DNA from: Escherichia phage ECML-4
DNA length: 64,000 nt
Sequence record: JX128257
Strand: one strand, 5' to 3'
Made by a program: the position numbers and the translations under genes. Of the stretch, positions 1 to 9,648 are shown piece by piece; position 1 is the first letter of the stretch; every line of letters starts with the position of its first letter. The notes under the pieces are model-generated. The model had not been told where the DNA came from. It saw nothing but the letters and a program-made list of their open reading frames with translations, and made no database searches.

Positions 1-1
1 T

Positions 2-1633
2 ATCCGTGGCGTTCAGCGTCACTCTGGTAAAAACTTAGCATGGTCTGCTCCAGACGTTGCTATTGATAAACTTAACCCTACGGATACCGTCTTCTACCGT
101 ATGCCCCAGATTGTTAAAACTGGTGATGGTACTCTGATGATTTTCTGTAATGAGTTGCATGGTAACAATACAGATATTGGTGCTACTCCAGATCAGCAAT
201 GTAATATCGTTATGAAATACTCCATTGATAATGGGTGGTCTTGGTCGGCTAAGGTAGTGGTAGCTAACTTTGGGGCTACGTATCAGAACGGTGAGATTGC
301 TGCTGTGTATAACCCAGTAGATGGTCGGGTATACTGTTACTTTACTTCCTGCAAAGGCCAGTTGGGTTGGGGATACTCACAGCCAGGCAATGACCCTAAT
401 ACATCATCCCAGATATATGTTACCTACTGTGATGCGGAAGCTCCTACTATATGGCGTACACCAGCTAACATTACTGCTACCCTTAAGCCAGCAACGGCAG
501 ATTTTATCTGGACTTCACCAACTAAACCAGTTGTTTTACCGGATGGTAAGATGGCAATGATTGTGTCTACCGTCACTGGTTCACGGGTTGATTCTTTCCT
601 TACCATCATGAAGTATGACATTAAGTACAGCATGGACTACGTACTTAGTTCCGAAGAATCTGGTGGGGAAGTCGGACTGAACCTTTTGCCGGATGGTCGT
701 ATGGTGATGAACTCTCGTGCTTACCACACCACAGACCTTAAAGGGCTTCAGAAATTCTATATCAGTGATCATCAGTTTAAGAACTGGCAGCACTTATCTG
801 ATTTAGTTACATCGGATAGTAAGGGTGACCTGGTTCCTATTTTTGATGGGGTTAATGGTGTTCTTACTTGGGCGTTTACTTGTGCTAATGGTGTAGGTGA
901 TAATTCTATTGGTCGTACTAACTACCGAGTATGGATTAGTCGTGACCTAGTTACTTGGGGGTTAGCTCCTACTGGGGATATCAACACAAGTGATTCTGTT
1001 GGGTACATCGCATCAATGCCTGGTGGTGATGATGGTTATGTAATCTCTACATCTGAATCAGGTGGTTTTGGTGGTATTTGGTTTACTCAATGGAATGCTA
1101 AGTATATCCAGAACAGAAACTACAACCGCTATCACAAAGAGTTGCGAGAATTAGAGTCAGTAGATGAAACAGCAATGCTCGCATCCGGCGCTATTCCTAA
1201 CTACTCTTTTTACGTAAACAAAGACTCCAACCTAATTAACTTCAACCGCAACGGTACTCCAGTTAAGATTCAGCAATTGGGGGTTAGTCAGAATGCTGTT
1301 GATAAGTACACTACAACTCAGACCCTAGCATCTATTCCTGTAGATGGTGTTGATATTGTATTAGTCACTGGTTCCGGTATTACTCTTACCCTTAGTGGGT
1401 TTAGCGGTGGATATATGGGCCAGCGTGTGACAGTTATCTCTGATTCATCTGGTGGTGGGGTAGTGCTTAAACGTGCTGATACAACATTGCCTACTGTAAC
1501 GGACAGATTCCACTTTAATGTGGCAGGAGCCTTTACTGCTTTGAGGGTAGACTATGCAACTAAGATGATGGTTACTTTAGTTAAGACTCCATCTGGTTGG
1601 TTCACGGAAAGTATTGCTAACGTAACAATCTAA
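2..1633 (+). CDS. Tail fibre/tail-spike-like protein with Asp-box (BNR) repeats, 5'-truncated at window edge
   Basis: Frame is open from the window start (no stop upstream of the ATG at 101). Asp-box motif S-x-D-x-G-x-S/T-W (SIDNGWSW) and a degenerate copy (SRDLVTW) suggest a sialidase-like beta-propeller. Hairpin terminator follows. Confidence 0.5.
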   Translation: MRGVQRHSGKNLAWSAPDVAIDKLNPTDTVFYRMPQIVKTGDGTLMIFCNELHGNNTDIGATPDQQCNIVMKYSIDNGWSWSAKVVVANFGATYQNGEIAAVYNPVDGRVYCYFTSCKGQLGWGYSQPGNDPNTSSQIYVTYCDAEAPTIWRTPANITATLKPATADFIWTSPTKPVVLPDGKMAMIVSTVTGSRVDSFLTIMKYDIKYSMDYVLSSEESGGEVGLNLLPDGRMVMNSRAYHTTDLKGLQKFYISDHQFKNWQHLSDLVTSDSKGDLVPIFDGVNGVLTWAFTCANGVGDNSIGRTNYRVWISRDLVTWGLAPTGDINTSDSVGYIASMPGGDDGYVISTSESGGFGGIWFTQWNAKYIQNRNYNRYHKELRELESVDETAMLASGAIPNYSFYVNKDSNLINFNRNGTPVKIQQLGVSQNAVDKYTTTQTLASIPVDGVDIVLVTGSGITLTLSGFSGGYMGQRVTVISDSSGGGVVLKRADTTLPTVTDRFHFNVAGAFTALRVDYATKMMVTLVKTPSGWFTESIANVTI

Positions 1634-1638
1634 AATAC

Positions 1639-1666
1639 AAGCCCCCAATAAGGGGGCTTTCTTTTG
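1639..1666 (+). terminator. Rho-independent terminator-like hairpin (GCCCCC-aataa-GGGGGC then T-run)
   Basis: Perfect GC stem followed by TTTCTTTTG, directly after the stop of the upstream CDS. Confidence 0.6.
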
Positions 1667-1757
1667 CTATGTCTCGTTAACCTGACAGGAACTGGAAGTT
1701 CAAAACTATCAGGTGGAGGAACTGGGTTTTTATTTCTATCTGTTTGTTGGCTGTATA

Positions 1758-1764
1758 CTAAATA
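1758..1764 (+). promoter_or_regulatory. Putative late promoter element CTAAATA
   Basis: One of nine CTAAATA copies found in intergenic DNA; eight lie 24-49 nt upstream of a start codon. This one is 34 nt before the ATG at 1798. Confidence 0.4.
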
Positions 1765-1797
1765 TCTCTATAAAATGGCACTAGATGGAGCATCAAA

Positions 1798-4700
1798 ATG
1801 CAATCTACAAATTTAAACCGTCGCCCGTATTGGGATGACTGGAATCCTGGGAAACGTTTTTCACGGATTCTTTTTCGTCCGATGCCTATCAAGGTTCAGA
1901 CTCGCGAACTGAACCAGATGCAGACTATTCTTCAGGATCAAATTGAAAAACTGGGCAACCATCTGTTCAAAGATGGTTCTATGGTTATCCCTGGCGGTCT
2001 GACGATCACCAATGCCGCAGTCTCTTTGAAATTCACTTTGGCGGGTGGTACTGAATTCACCGATCTGGAAGGTATTTCTGAACTCTACGTTTTGGGGAAA
2101 GACAATAACGCCAAAGCGCGTGTGTTGTCTCTTGAACGTGATCTGTCTGCTCCTGATACGATGTTGGCCATCCTTGAGATGACTGAAGCGGGTAATGCTG
2201 ACGGATTCCATGTTAACGATAATCTGTATTTCCAGACTTACGACGTGAATGATAATTTCATTCGTATTGGTTATGGGATCGCGGCTGCTGTAACTGGTTC
2301 TATCGTTGCTCGTATGACGAAAGGCGTTTACTTCATTCGTGGGATGTTCCTTGATGTTGATGACGCGACTCTCATCGTCGATAAAACTTCAAACACTTCT
2401 TCCCATCGCGTCGGGTTTAAAGTCACCGAAACCATCGTGACTGAATCTGAAGACGAATCCCTTTATTCAAACGCTCAGGGAACGATTAACTCCAAAGCCC
2501 CAGGCGCTCATCGTCTTCGAATAGATCTGGTCTTATCTCGATTTGATTATGATGCTGTGGTTGAAGACTTTGTTGAACTGGCCAAAGTTCGTGATGGTAA
2601 AATCCAGTCTATGGTGACTCAGTCCACCTATAATATTCTGGAAGACACGTTGGCTCAACGGACGTATGAAACCAACGGCGATTACAACGTTTCAACGCAT
2701 CAGATCGACATCCGCGAACACCTGAAAGTCAATAACAATGGTGGAGTATTCAATGCTGCTGATGGCGGCGACGAAAGTAAATTCGTGTCTGTAATGAAAC
2801 CAGGTATTTCCTATGTTCGCGGTCGTCGTATCGAAAACGTCGGGGAAGAGTTGGTGATCGTTGACAAGGCACGGGATACCGATGTCCTGAATAACACGCC
2901 TGTCGCAGTTGCTACAGGGAATTATCTGGTCACCAAGAACTCCAAAGGTGTTCCAGTAATATCTCGCACTGTGCGATACAAGTTATTGAACGCATCCGGC
3001 GCTACTCAAGCCACGGCGTTGTGTATATCCGCTGAACGCAATTCAACTGAATTCCGCCTGTACATGCGTGATTTAGTTGTGACTGGGGACGCGTCCACTA
3101 TCACCAAAGTGTCTTATGAAGAAAGTGGGATCACCATGTTTTCTGCTGAACTGGAATCCAACCAGTTTAACCAGAGTTCTATGGTAGACCTGATCTTCTC
3201 TCTTCCGGTCTTCGGTGTTAAAACATTAGCGCCAACAGGTTCCGTGGATATCAACTACACAGTCCTCAGAACTTATAAGGTGACGCTAGACAGCAGCGGT
3301 TCTGGTTCTATTTCAGCCCCGCTGGGATATAGTTTTTCCCCAGAATTTTCGTTGTACTCTGCAGCGAAATCAGATGGTTCGGAAGCGCAGTTCGATATCT
3401 CTGGCTCTTTGTCTTTGACTGGTTCTCCGGTCGGTTCGGCGCTGCAGATTTCTCTGGGTAGTGGTAATGCTAACCAGTCAATCAATTTGCTGGCGCTGAT
3501 GATTCGTACCACGGCCACAATCAAAACGAAGACCATCACTGAAACAACTGAAACAGTGACGTTCACATCACAGACCAGCCGTCCTTTGGCGAATCACGAT
3601 GGTTGGAAATTGGTATCGGTCAAAAACGATACTGGCGCAGACGTGACCTCTAGCTTCGTTCTAGATGGTGGACAGCGTGATGCAGGGTATTACAAGTCTA
3701 ACTTGTTATCCAGCGCTGGAGCAATCTCAGGGACGTATACAGTGGTGTATCAATACTTCGCCCACAGTTCCGGTGATTTCTTCTCTGCTGATTCGTATAC
3801 TTCGATGGATTATAAAGATATCCCGAATTATACATCTTCTACATCAGGCGCGGTGTACGGCCTGGCAGATAGTTTAGATTTCCGTCCGAAAATCACCAAC
3901 GGAACTTCTGACACAGATATGGTTCGTCCAAACACTGCAGTTATTCTGGACACAGAATATTATCTGCCGCGTATCGACGCGATTTATCTGGCAGACAACG
4001 GTGTGTTTGGTGTGGCTCGAGGCATCAGTTCTAATAATCTGGCTTCTCCAGCAATCCCAGCGAACGCCATGCGTTTGTATGAATTGTTGATCCCGCCGTA
4101 TACACCGAATATTGATGATATCCAAATTCGAACTATTGATAATCGTCGTTATACAATGCGCGATATCGGTAAACTGGAAACCCGTATTTCCAATGTTGAA
4201 TACTATACCTCTCTGTCACAGCTGGAATCTTCAGCGATGACACAGCAAGTGTTTGACCCCATCACGGGTAATCCTCGTTTCAAAAATGGTATTGCAGCTG
4301 ATCCGTTCAAAGACTTCCGGTTGATTGATGACTTGTCTGAAGATTGGATGGGTTCTATCGATACCGAAAACGGACGTCTACGCCCGTTTGTACAACAGAA
4401 CGTTGTTGACATGACTCCGGTTGGCTGGAACAAAGTGATGGATGGGATGGTGGTTTGTAATTACACACCTGAAATCTCAGTGAACCAAGAATATGCGACG
4501 ACGACGATCAACGTTAACCCGTATGCAGTATTCAATTGGGAAGGTTTCTTGAAGATTAACCCGACCACAGACTACTGGTTCGAAAACTATTATGTTGCCC
4601 CGCGTATTATTAATGAAACGATCAACACCCGTGGTACTGTACAAGAAGGTTCAGTGTACGGAACATGGCGGACTGTTTCTGTTTCTGATCGTGTTTGGGA

Positions 4701-6636
4701 GCCGCATGGTGCTGGTGGTGTGTGGTGGGGATATCGTTACCGCACGACTGTTTCTGCCCGTGATGTCACCACATATACATACACGGACAAAACAACCACG
4801 ACCATGACTGGTGAACAGATTGTGGAGACGCAAGTTATCCCATACATGCGCGAGATCGATATTTCTTTCGACGCATCTGGACTGCGACCTTTCACTCGTA
4901 TGTATGCGTTCTTCTCTGGTCGTGACGTCAATCTGTATTGCAAACCGAATGGTGGTAATTTCGGTGACCCAATCACCACTGATGCCAATGGTGCTGTTAA
5001 AGGTGTATTCCGCGTTCCACAGAACGATACAATCAAGTTCAACACAGGCGACAACGTGTTCCGCTTAACGGATAGCCCTGTTGACAGTAAATCTGCGGAT
5101 GATACACTGACCAATGCAGAAATTGTTCATAAATCTTTCGGTAAGAAACAAGGTATTCAAAAGACCTTTGTCAACACTCGTGTCCTGGGTTACACTGCCA
5201 GTACTCGCACCGAAACCAGCACTTCTGAAGTTGTGGTCGACCAATGGCGTGATCCGATTGCCCAATCGTTTATGGTAGCGACTAAGAATGGCGGCGAGTA
5301 TATCGAAGGCGTGGAAGTATTCTTCTCTACCAAGTCACGTGATGTTCCGATCACTCTGGAAATTCGCGAGATGGAGAATGGCTTACCTTCTCATACAGTC
5401 ATTACTCGTAAAACTTTGAACCCGTCTGAAGTGACGATCTCTACAGACTCTTCCGGCGGTACGAAGTTCACCTTTGATTATCCGGTGTATCTGCAAGCAT
5501 CGACTGAGTTTGCTATCGTTTTGTTGGCGAATACCCAGGATTACAACGCGTATATCGCGGAAATGGGCAAGAAAAACCTTCTGTCCAACGAATATATCGC
5601 CAAACAACCGTATACAGGGGTGTTCTTCACTTCTTCAAACGGTTCTACATGGTCTCCAAACCAAATGGCTGATATGAAATTCCGCATATATCGTTGTAAC
5701 TTCGCTGCGGGACAGAACGTTGTAACATTTGATTCGAAGCTCGGGCCAAAACAACGTCCGTTGGGATTGAATACTCTGAACTGCGTGAGTGGGTCTTCTG
5801 TTGTGACTGTGTTTGCACCTGGTCATGGTTTGGTTGCTGGGAACAATGTTACTCTTTCTGAATTGACAGGTGGTTGTGGCTTTACTCCTGAACAACTTAA
5901 CAAAACGTTTACTGTGACAGATGCGAGCTATACTTCATTCAAGATTGATGTTGGCGCAGCAGCAGACAGCAACGGTCAGATTGGTGGCGACAACGCATCT
6001 TTCTTGGGAAATTATCTGGTTGATATGTTCTATGCCAGCGTTACCAATTCGGCTCTGGAAGGTTCAATATTGAAACTGGAATATCGTTACCGCGATGCCA
6101 CTTCAAACTCCATGTCGGATTGGGCTGAATTTGAAACTGATACTGATGTTGCTCTGCCGACTGAAGGTATCTATCGCCAGGTTGGTGACTTCCAGATTCG
6201 TGCTACTATGACTCGTAGTGAAAACAACGTGTACACAGCACCGATGATTGATGGTGATGACCTAAGTGTAATCTTCAACTCTTATGGCGTAGATCCTTTT
6301 GAAGACGTTTTCAAATATGTCACAAAGGACATTGGTTTCGATAACCCATGTTCGACTGTGAAACTGTTCTTCGGGGCGATGCTGCCTTCTCAATCCTCCA
6401 TGAAGGTGCAGGTAAAACTGCTCCGAGCAGGGCAAGAGATGGATAGCGTGGATTGGGAAGACGTTACTCCAACTTCGCCTCTGGTTAACGACGGTTCTAC
6501 ATTCTTTGAATATGAGTATGATAAGACTGTGGCAAGCAACAATCCGTTCGTTGGACTGAAAGTCAGAGCACTTGTAAGGGGGAACCGAGTTGCTCCTCCT
6601 TCATTCAAAGACTTCCGTCTTATTGCTCTGGCATAA
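1798..6636 (+). CDS. Large (1612 aa) virion structural protein, putative tail fibre/baseplate-associated
   Basis: Single uninterrupted ORF with codon usage like neighbours; sits between a tail-protein gene and the neck genes; preceded by a late-promoter-like motif. No catalytic motif recognised. Confidence 0.45.
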   Translation: MQSTNLNRRPYWDDWNPGKRFSRILFRPMPIKVQTRELNQMQTILQDQIEKLGNHLFKDGSMVIPGGLTITNAAVSLKFTLAGGTEFTDLEGISELYVLGKDNNAKARVLSLERDLSAPDTMLAILEMTEAGNADGFHVNDNLYFQTYDVNDNFIRIGYGIAAAVTGSIVARMTKGVYFIRGMFLDVDDATLIVDKTSNTSSHRVGFKVTETIVTESEDESLYSNAQGTINSKAPGAHRLRIDLVLSRFDYDAVVEDFVELAKVRDGKIQSMVTQSTYNILEDTLAQRTYETNGDYNVSTHQIDIREHLKVNNNGGVFNAADGGDESKFVSVMKPGISYVRGRRIENVGEELVIVDKARDTDVLNNTPVAVATGNYLVTKNSKGVPVISRTVRYKLLNASGATQATALCISAERNSTEFRLYMRDLVVTGDASTITKVSYEESGITMFSAELESNQFNQSSMVDLIFSLPVFGVKTLAPTGSVDINYTVLRTYKVTLDSSGSGSISAPLGYSFSPEFSLYSAAKSDGSEAQFDISGSLSLTGSPVGSALQISLGSGNANQSINLLALMIRTTATIKTKTITETTETVTFTSQTSRPLANHDGWKLVSVKNDTGADVTSSFVLDGGQRDAGYYKSNLLSSAGAISGTYTVVYQYFAHSSGDFFSADSYTSMDYKDIPNYTSSTSGAVYGLADSLDFRPKITNGTSDTDMVRPNTAVILDTEYYLPRIDAIYLADNGVFGVARGISSNNLASPAIPANAMRLYELLIPPYTPNIDDIQIRTIDNRRYTMRDIGKLETRISNVEYYTSLSQLESSAMTQQVFDPITGNPRFKNGIAADPFKDFRLIDDLSEDWMGSIDTENGRLRPFVQQNVVDMTPVGWNKVMDGMVVCNYTPEISVNQEYATTTINVNPYAVFNWEGFLKINPTTDYWFENYYVAPRIINETINTRGTVQEGSVYGTWRTVSVSDRVWEPHGAGGVWWGYRYRTTVSARDVTTYTYTDKTTTTMTGEQIVETQVIPYMREIDISFDASGLRPFTRMYAFFSGRDVNLYCKPNGGNFGDPITTDANGAVKGVFRVPQNDTIKFNTGDNVFRLTDSPVDSKSADDTLTNAEIVHKSFGKKQGIQKTFVNTRVLGYTASTRTETSTSEVVVDQWRDPIAQSFMVATKNGGEYIEGVEVFFSTKSRDVPITLEIREMENGLPSHTVITRKTLNPSEVTISTDSSGGTKFTFDYPVYLQASTEFAIVLLANTQDYNAYIAEMGKKNLLSNEYIAKQPYTGVFFTSSNGSTWSPNQMADMKFRIYRCNFAAGQNVVTFDSKLGPKQRPLGLNTLNCVSGSSVVTVFAPGHGLVAGNNVTLSELTGGCGFTPEQLNKTFTVTDASYTSFKIDVGAAADSNGQIGGDNASFLGNYLVDMFYASVTNSALEGSILKLEYRYRDATSNSMSDWAEFETDTDVALPTEGIYRQVGDFQIRATMTRSENNVYTAPMIDGDDLSVIFNSYGVDPFEDVFKYVTKDIGFDNPCSTVKLFFGAMLPSQSSMKVQVKLLRAGQEMDSVDWEDVTPTSPLVNDGSTFFEYEYDKTVASNNPFVGLKVRALVRGNRVAPPSFKDFRLIALA

Positions 6637-6688
6637 ATAATGTTGAAAGGTGGGCGTAAAGCCCACCAAACCAATAGAGGATAAAAAT

Positions 6689-6937
6689 ATGCGTGGAATG
6701 AAAGTACAGGGGCACGCATCCATGTTGAGAAGCAGTTCTTGCCCTGGCGCGATTATTTGCACCGATCACGCCGCTGGTATGGCTGCATTGCAAGCCCGTC
6801 AACGCAATGAAACCCGTGAAGCCACCATTGTTGAACAATCAAACCAGATATCTAATCTGGAGGCAACAATCAAAATGATGGCCGAAAAGTTGGGGATTGA
6901 AATCCCCGAAGGAGGTCAGAATGGCGACGCAAGCTGA
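6689..6937 (+). CDS. Hypothetical small protein
   Basis: ATG with AGAGGA ribosome-binding site 8 nt upstream; no signal peptide seen. Confidence 0.3.
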   Translation: MRGMKVQGHASMLRSSSCPGAIICTDHAAGMAALQARQRNETREATIVEQSNQISNLEATIKMMAEKLGIEIPEGGQNGDAS

Positions 6938-7262
6938 AAGAACGGGGCTTGACATCCGTGGTATCTTAACCGCTGTCGTGGCTTCTGCATTGGTCTCTGC
7001 GGCATCATTCCTTTGGTTCATGGGCGGGATGGAAACGCGCGTGAATGTATTGGAACGAGATTCCAACAAGATGGATCAAGTTCTTCAGAAAGTGAATGAC
7101 ATGAGTGAACGTATGGCGATCATGAATACTGACCTCGCATATGTCAAACAAAACATGGCTGAGTTAAAACTCAATAGTAGCAGTCTTTCAGATGATGTTC
7201 GCACACTGCGGATTACTGTATCTGATTTGCAGCAAAAGGGGAATAACAATGGCCGTCAATAA
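6921..7262 (+). CDS. Membrane-anchored coiled-coil protein (i-spanin-like topology)
   Basis: GAAGGAGG site then ATG; one N-terminal TM helix (ILTAVVASALVSAASFLWFMGG) followed by about 80 aa of heptad-repeat sequence. Confidence 0.4.
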   Translation: MATQAERTGLDIRGILTAVVASALVSAASFLWFMGGMETRVNVLERDSNKMDQVLQKVNDMSERMAIMNTDLAYVKQNMAELKLNSSSLSDDVRTLRITVSDLQQKGNNNGRQ

Positions 7263-8001
7263 GATTCGAGACAAAAAATCTTTTATGAATTATGTCTTGC
7301 GTAAATTGGGCGCTCCTGTGATCCAAATTAACCTTGACAGTTCACAAGTCGAAGATGCAGTCGATGATGCTCTGCAGAAATTTTGGGAATATCATCGTGA
7401 TGGTAGCCAAGATGCGTTCTTCCTGTACCAAGTTAAACAAGAAGATATCGACAAAGGATATATAGAATTTCCCGATGATATTGACGATGTGATTGAAGTT
7501 ATCCCTGGACCTCCTATTGAGTCAATCGGAAACTGGGCAACTCCTCAATGGCAAATGGCTCAAGCAATGCTTGTCCCCAAAGCAGCGCTGGTTTCTATTC
7601 GTCTCATTGATTATGTTTCCATGCAACAACGCCTGTCGGATATCACAAGCGTCTTAAATGTTCGCCGTAATTTTGTGTACAAGAAGTTCCAGCGACGCCT
7701 TTACCCGCAGTTTGCTGCCATTGTTGATGAAACCCTGGCTTTTCGTTGTTATCAAAATATCGATCCTGAATCAGAAGAAAACGCTGAAGCATGGAATGAT
7801 ATGTGGCTGAAAGCATATGCAACCGCTCTCGTCAAACGGCGTTGGGCAGAAGTGCTTAAGAAGGCAAGAGGCATCCGTCTCCCAGGTGGTATCGAATTGG
7901 ATGGTGATAGTATGTTCAGTGAGGCTGAGACCGAGATAGAGCGGTTGGAGGAAGAATTGCGTACTGGTCAGCAATACCCCATTGATTTCATGATGGGATA
8001 A
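7249..8001 (+). CDS. 13: Neck protein gp13
   Basis: N-terminus (LRKLGAPVIQINL) and C-terminus (YATALVKRRWAEV, RLPGGIELDG, EEELR) match T4 gp13; position upstream of gp14. Confidence 0.8.
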   Translation: MAVNKIRDKKSFMNYVLRKLGAPVIQINLDSSQVEDAVDDALQKFWEYHRDGSQDAFFLYQVKQEDIDKGYIEFPDDIDDVIEVIPGPPIESIGNWATPQWQMAQAMLVPKAALVSIRLIDYVSMQQRLSDITSVLNVRRNFVYKKFQRRLYPQFAAIVDETLAFRCYQNIDPESEENAEAWNDMWLKAYATALVKRRWAEVLKKARGIRLPGGIELDGDSMFSEAETEIERLEEELRTGQQYPIDFMMG

Positions 8002-8003
8002 GA

Positions 8004-8031
8004 GAAGGCGGGTTATCCCGCCTTTCTTTTT
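8004..8031 (+). terminator. Rho-independent terminator (GGCGGG-ttat-CCCGCC then TTTCTTTTT)
   Basis: GC-rich hairpin plus T-run directly after the gp13 stop. Confidence 0.6.
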
Positions 8032-8242
8032 ATAACTTGATGTCGCGTCCGGAAGGATCTGAATTTGCTAGAATATAACCATCAACCACGTTCTTTTCGT
8101 CCCACCATTCAATAAAATCATTTCCCTTTTCGCCTTTGATAAGACCCACAATGTTATATGAATCATCGGCGATTTTAGCGTCTACACAGATAATTCTCAC
8201 ACGCCTTCCGTCACGAGTTTCTTTAATATCTTCAACCTTCAT
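8030..8242 (-). CDS. Hypothetical 70-aa protein on the opposite strand between neck genes
   Basis: Only ORF filling the 300-bp gp13/gp14 gap; GAGGAA site 7 nt upstream of its ATG on the minus strand. Confidence 0.45.
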   Translation of the reverse strand: MKVEDIKETRDGRRVRIICVDAKIADDSYNIVGLIKGEKGNDFIEWWDEKNVVDGYILANSDPSGRDIKL

Positions 8243-8273
8243 TTATCAATTCCTCAAAAGAATTAATGATTGA

Positions 8274-8280
8274 CTAAATA
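8274..8280 (+). promoter_or_regulatory. Putative late promoter element CTAAATA
   Basis: ctAAATACCTTCAAAATTGAG, nearly identical to the element upstream of the sheath gene; 24 nt before the gp14 ATG. Confidence 0.45.
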
Positions 8281-8303
8281 CCTTCAAAATTGAGGGTAAA
8301 GTC

Positions 8304-8945
8304 ATGGCTACTTCAAAATATTTCAACTATACAGCACACCAAGGTACTCAAAAATTAATTGATGACTTGGTGGTCGAGATGATACAATTGCGTGGGATTG
8401 ACGTCAAGTATATTCCACGTTCTATTGTTGAAAAATACCCAATTTTAAACGAGGCCGAACACAAATTCGACCAAGCGTTTGACATCGAAGTGTACATGCA
8501 GGATTATCAAGGCTTCAACACACAGATGTGGGAAAAGTTCGGCGGTATTCAATTACAAGATGAAGTGACCTTCACTATTGCTCGTCGTCGTTTTTCAGAA
8601 GTTATTGGTAATGGTCCAGGCCTTGAACAAATGCCTCAGGAAGGTGATTTGATATATCTCCCAATGGCGAACAAAATATTCAAAGTGAATAACCCGAATA
8701 ACGACGAAGAATTTATGCAATTCGGTAAATGGTACACATATTCCTTACCGTGCACGTTGTTCCAATATGGTAATGAAGATTTTGATACTGGTGTATCTGA
8801 AATTGACGACATCGATAAACGTTTACAAGATCTAGACGGCGATGGTGTCTATAAAGATGCCAGTCTACAGACAGATAACCAATTTGCGGACGAAATAGAG
8901 AAAGATCTTTCGCCCAATAAAATGAAGATAGACTTCGGGGAATAA
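8304..8945 (+). CDS. 14: Neck protein gp14
   Basis: Size and position between gp13 and gp15 as in T4; start/stop abuts gp15. Confidence 0.65.
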   Translation: MATSKYFNYTAHQGTQKLIDDLVVEMIQLRGIDVKYIPRSIVEKYPILNEAEHKFDQAFDIEVYMQDYQGFNTQMWEKFGGIQLQDEVTFTIARRRFSEVIGNGPGLEQMPQEGDLIYLPMANKIFKVNNPNNDEEFMQFGKWYTYSLPCTLFQYGNEDFDTGVSEIDDIDKRLQDLDGDGVYKDASLQTDNQFADEIEKDLSPNKMKIDFGE

Positions 8946-8947
8946 TC

Positions 8948-9646
8948 ATGGCCAGACCATTTGAAAAATATTTCTACCATGAATCGTTGTTGAAATATAT
9001 CCATGTTTTCAACGCTATCATGTCGGATTTAAAAGTCAAAACCGAACGTGGCTTGATGGAAATCCCGCTGCATATGGCTATTGGTCGCCGTAATGACCTC
9101 AACAGGAACGTACCAGCCAATATGCTGCCATTTGCAACAATGTCCTTTGGTCAGTTCGAAATCAATAAACAGGTGACGAAGTCGTATCACAACCAAATAT
9201 CGACAGCCACGGCACGGTCCAAACAACGCATTCCGATCATTATAGATTTTGAATATAACATCAGAACGAAGAAACTGGTCGAAATGCTACAGGTGTTGGA
9301 ACAAATTTATTCTGTGTTCACTCCTTCCATTGATTGTCAGATAAAAGACAACGATACGTTATCTCAAGATCAAAACGTAAAGATCATGTTGACATCCCAT
9401 ACCATTTCCGATAACTGGGAAGGGGATGCCGCTGAATCACCCCATATAGATTGCACCTTTAATTTTCAATTACATGGACACATTTATGGCGAAGATTATT
9501 GGGTCGATGATGGCTCTGGCGGTGGTGATCCGAACGTTATCAAAGAGATAATTATTGAAATGTCTAATGATTTGAACATGCCATGGTCGGAACTTCCTGA
9601 GTGGTTCCGAGTTGATAAAGACGGCATACATCATCCGGAGGATTGA
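8948..9646 (+). CDS. 15: Tail sheath stabiliser / tail completion protein gp15
   Basis: Conserved position between gp14 and the terminase genes; tightly packed with neighbours. Confidence 0.6.
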   Translation: MARPFEKYFYHESLLKYIHVFNAIMSDLKVKTERGLMEIPLHMAIGRRNDLNRNVPANMLPFATMSFGQFEINKQVTKSYHNQISTATARSKQRIPIIIDFEYNIRTKKLVEMLQVLEQIYSVFTPSIDCQIKDNDTLSQDQNVKIMLTSHTISDNWEGDAAESPHIDCTFNFQLHGHIYGEDYWVDDGSGGGDPNVIKEIIIEMSNDLNMPWSELPEWFRVDKDGIHHPED

Positions 9647-9648
9647 TC

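Noticed and set aside
6649-6667. Hairpin GGTGGGC-gtaaa-GCCCACC after the 1612-aa gene as an intrinsic terminator
   Set aside because: Perfect stem but no downstream T-run on either strand; may be an RNA stability or processing element, not annotated as a terminator.
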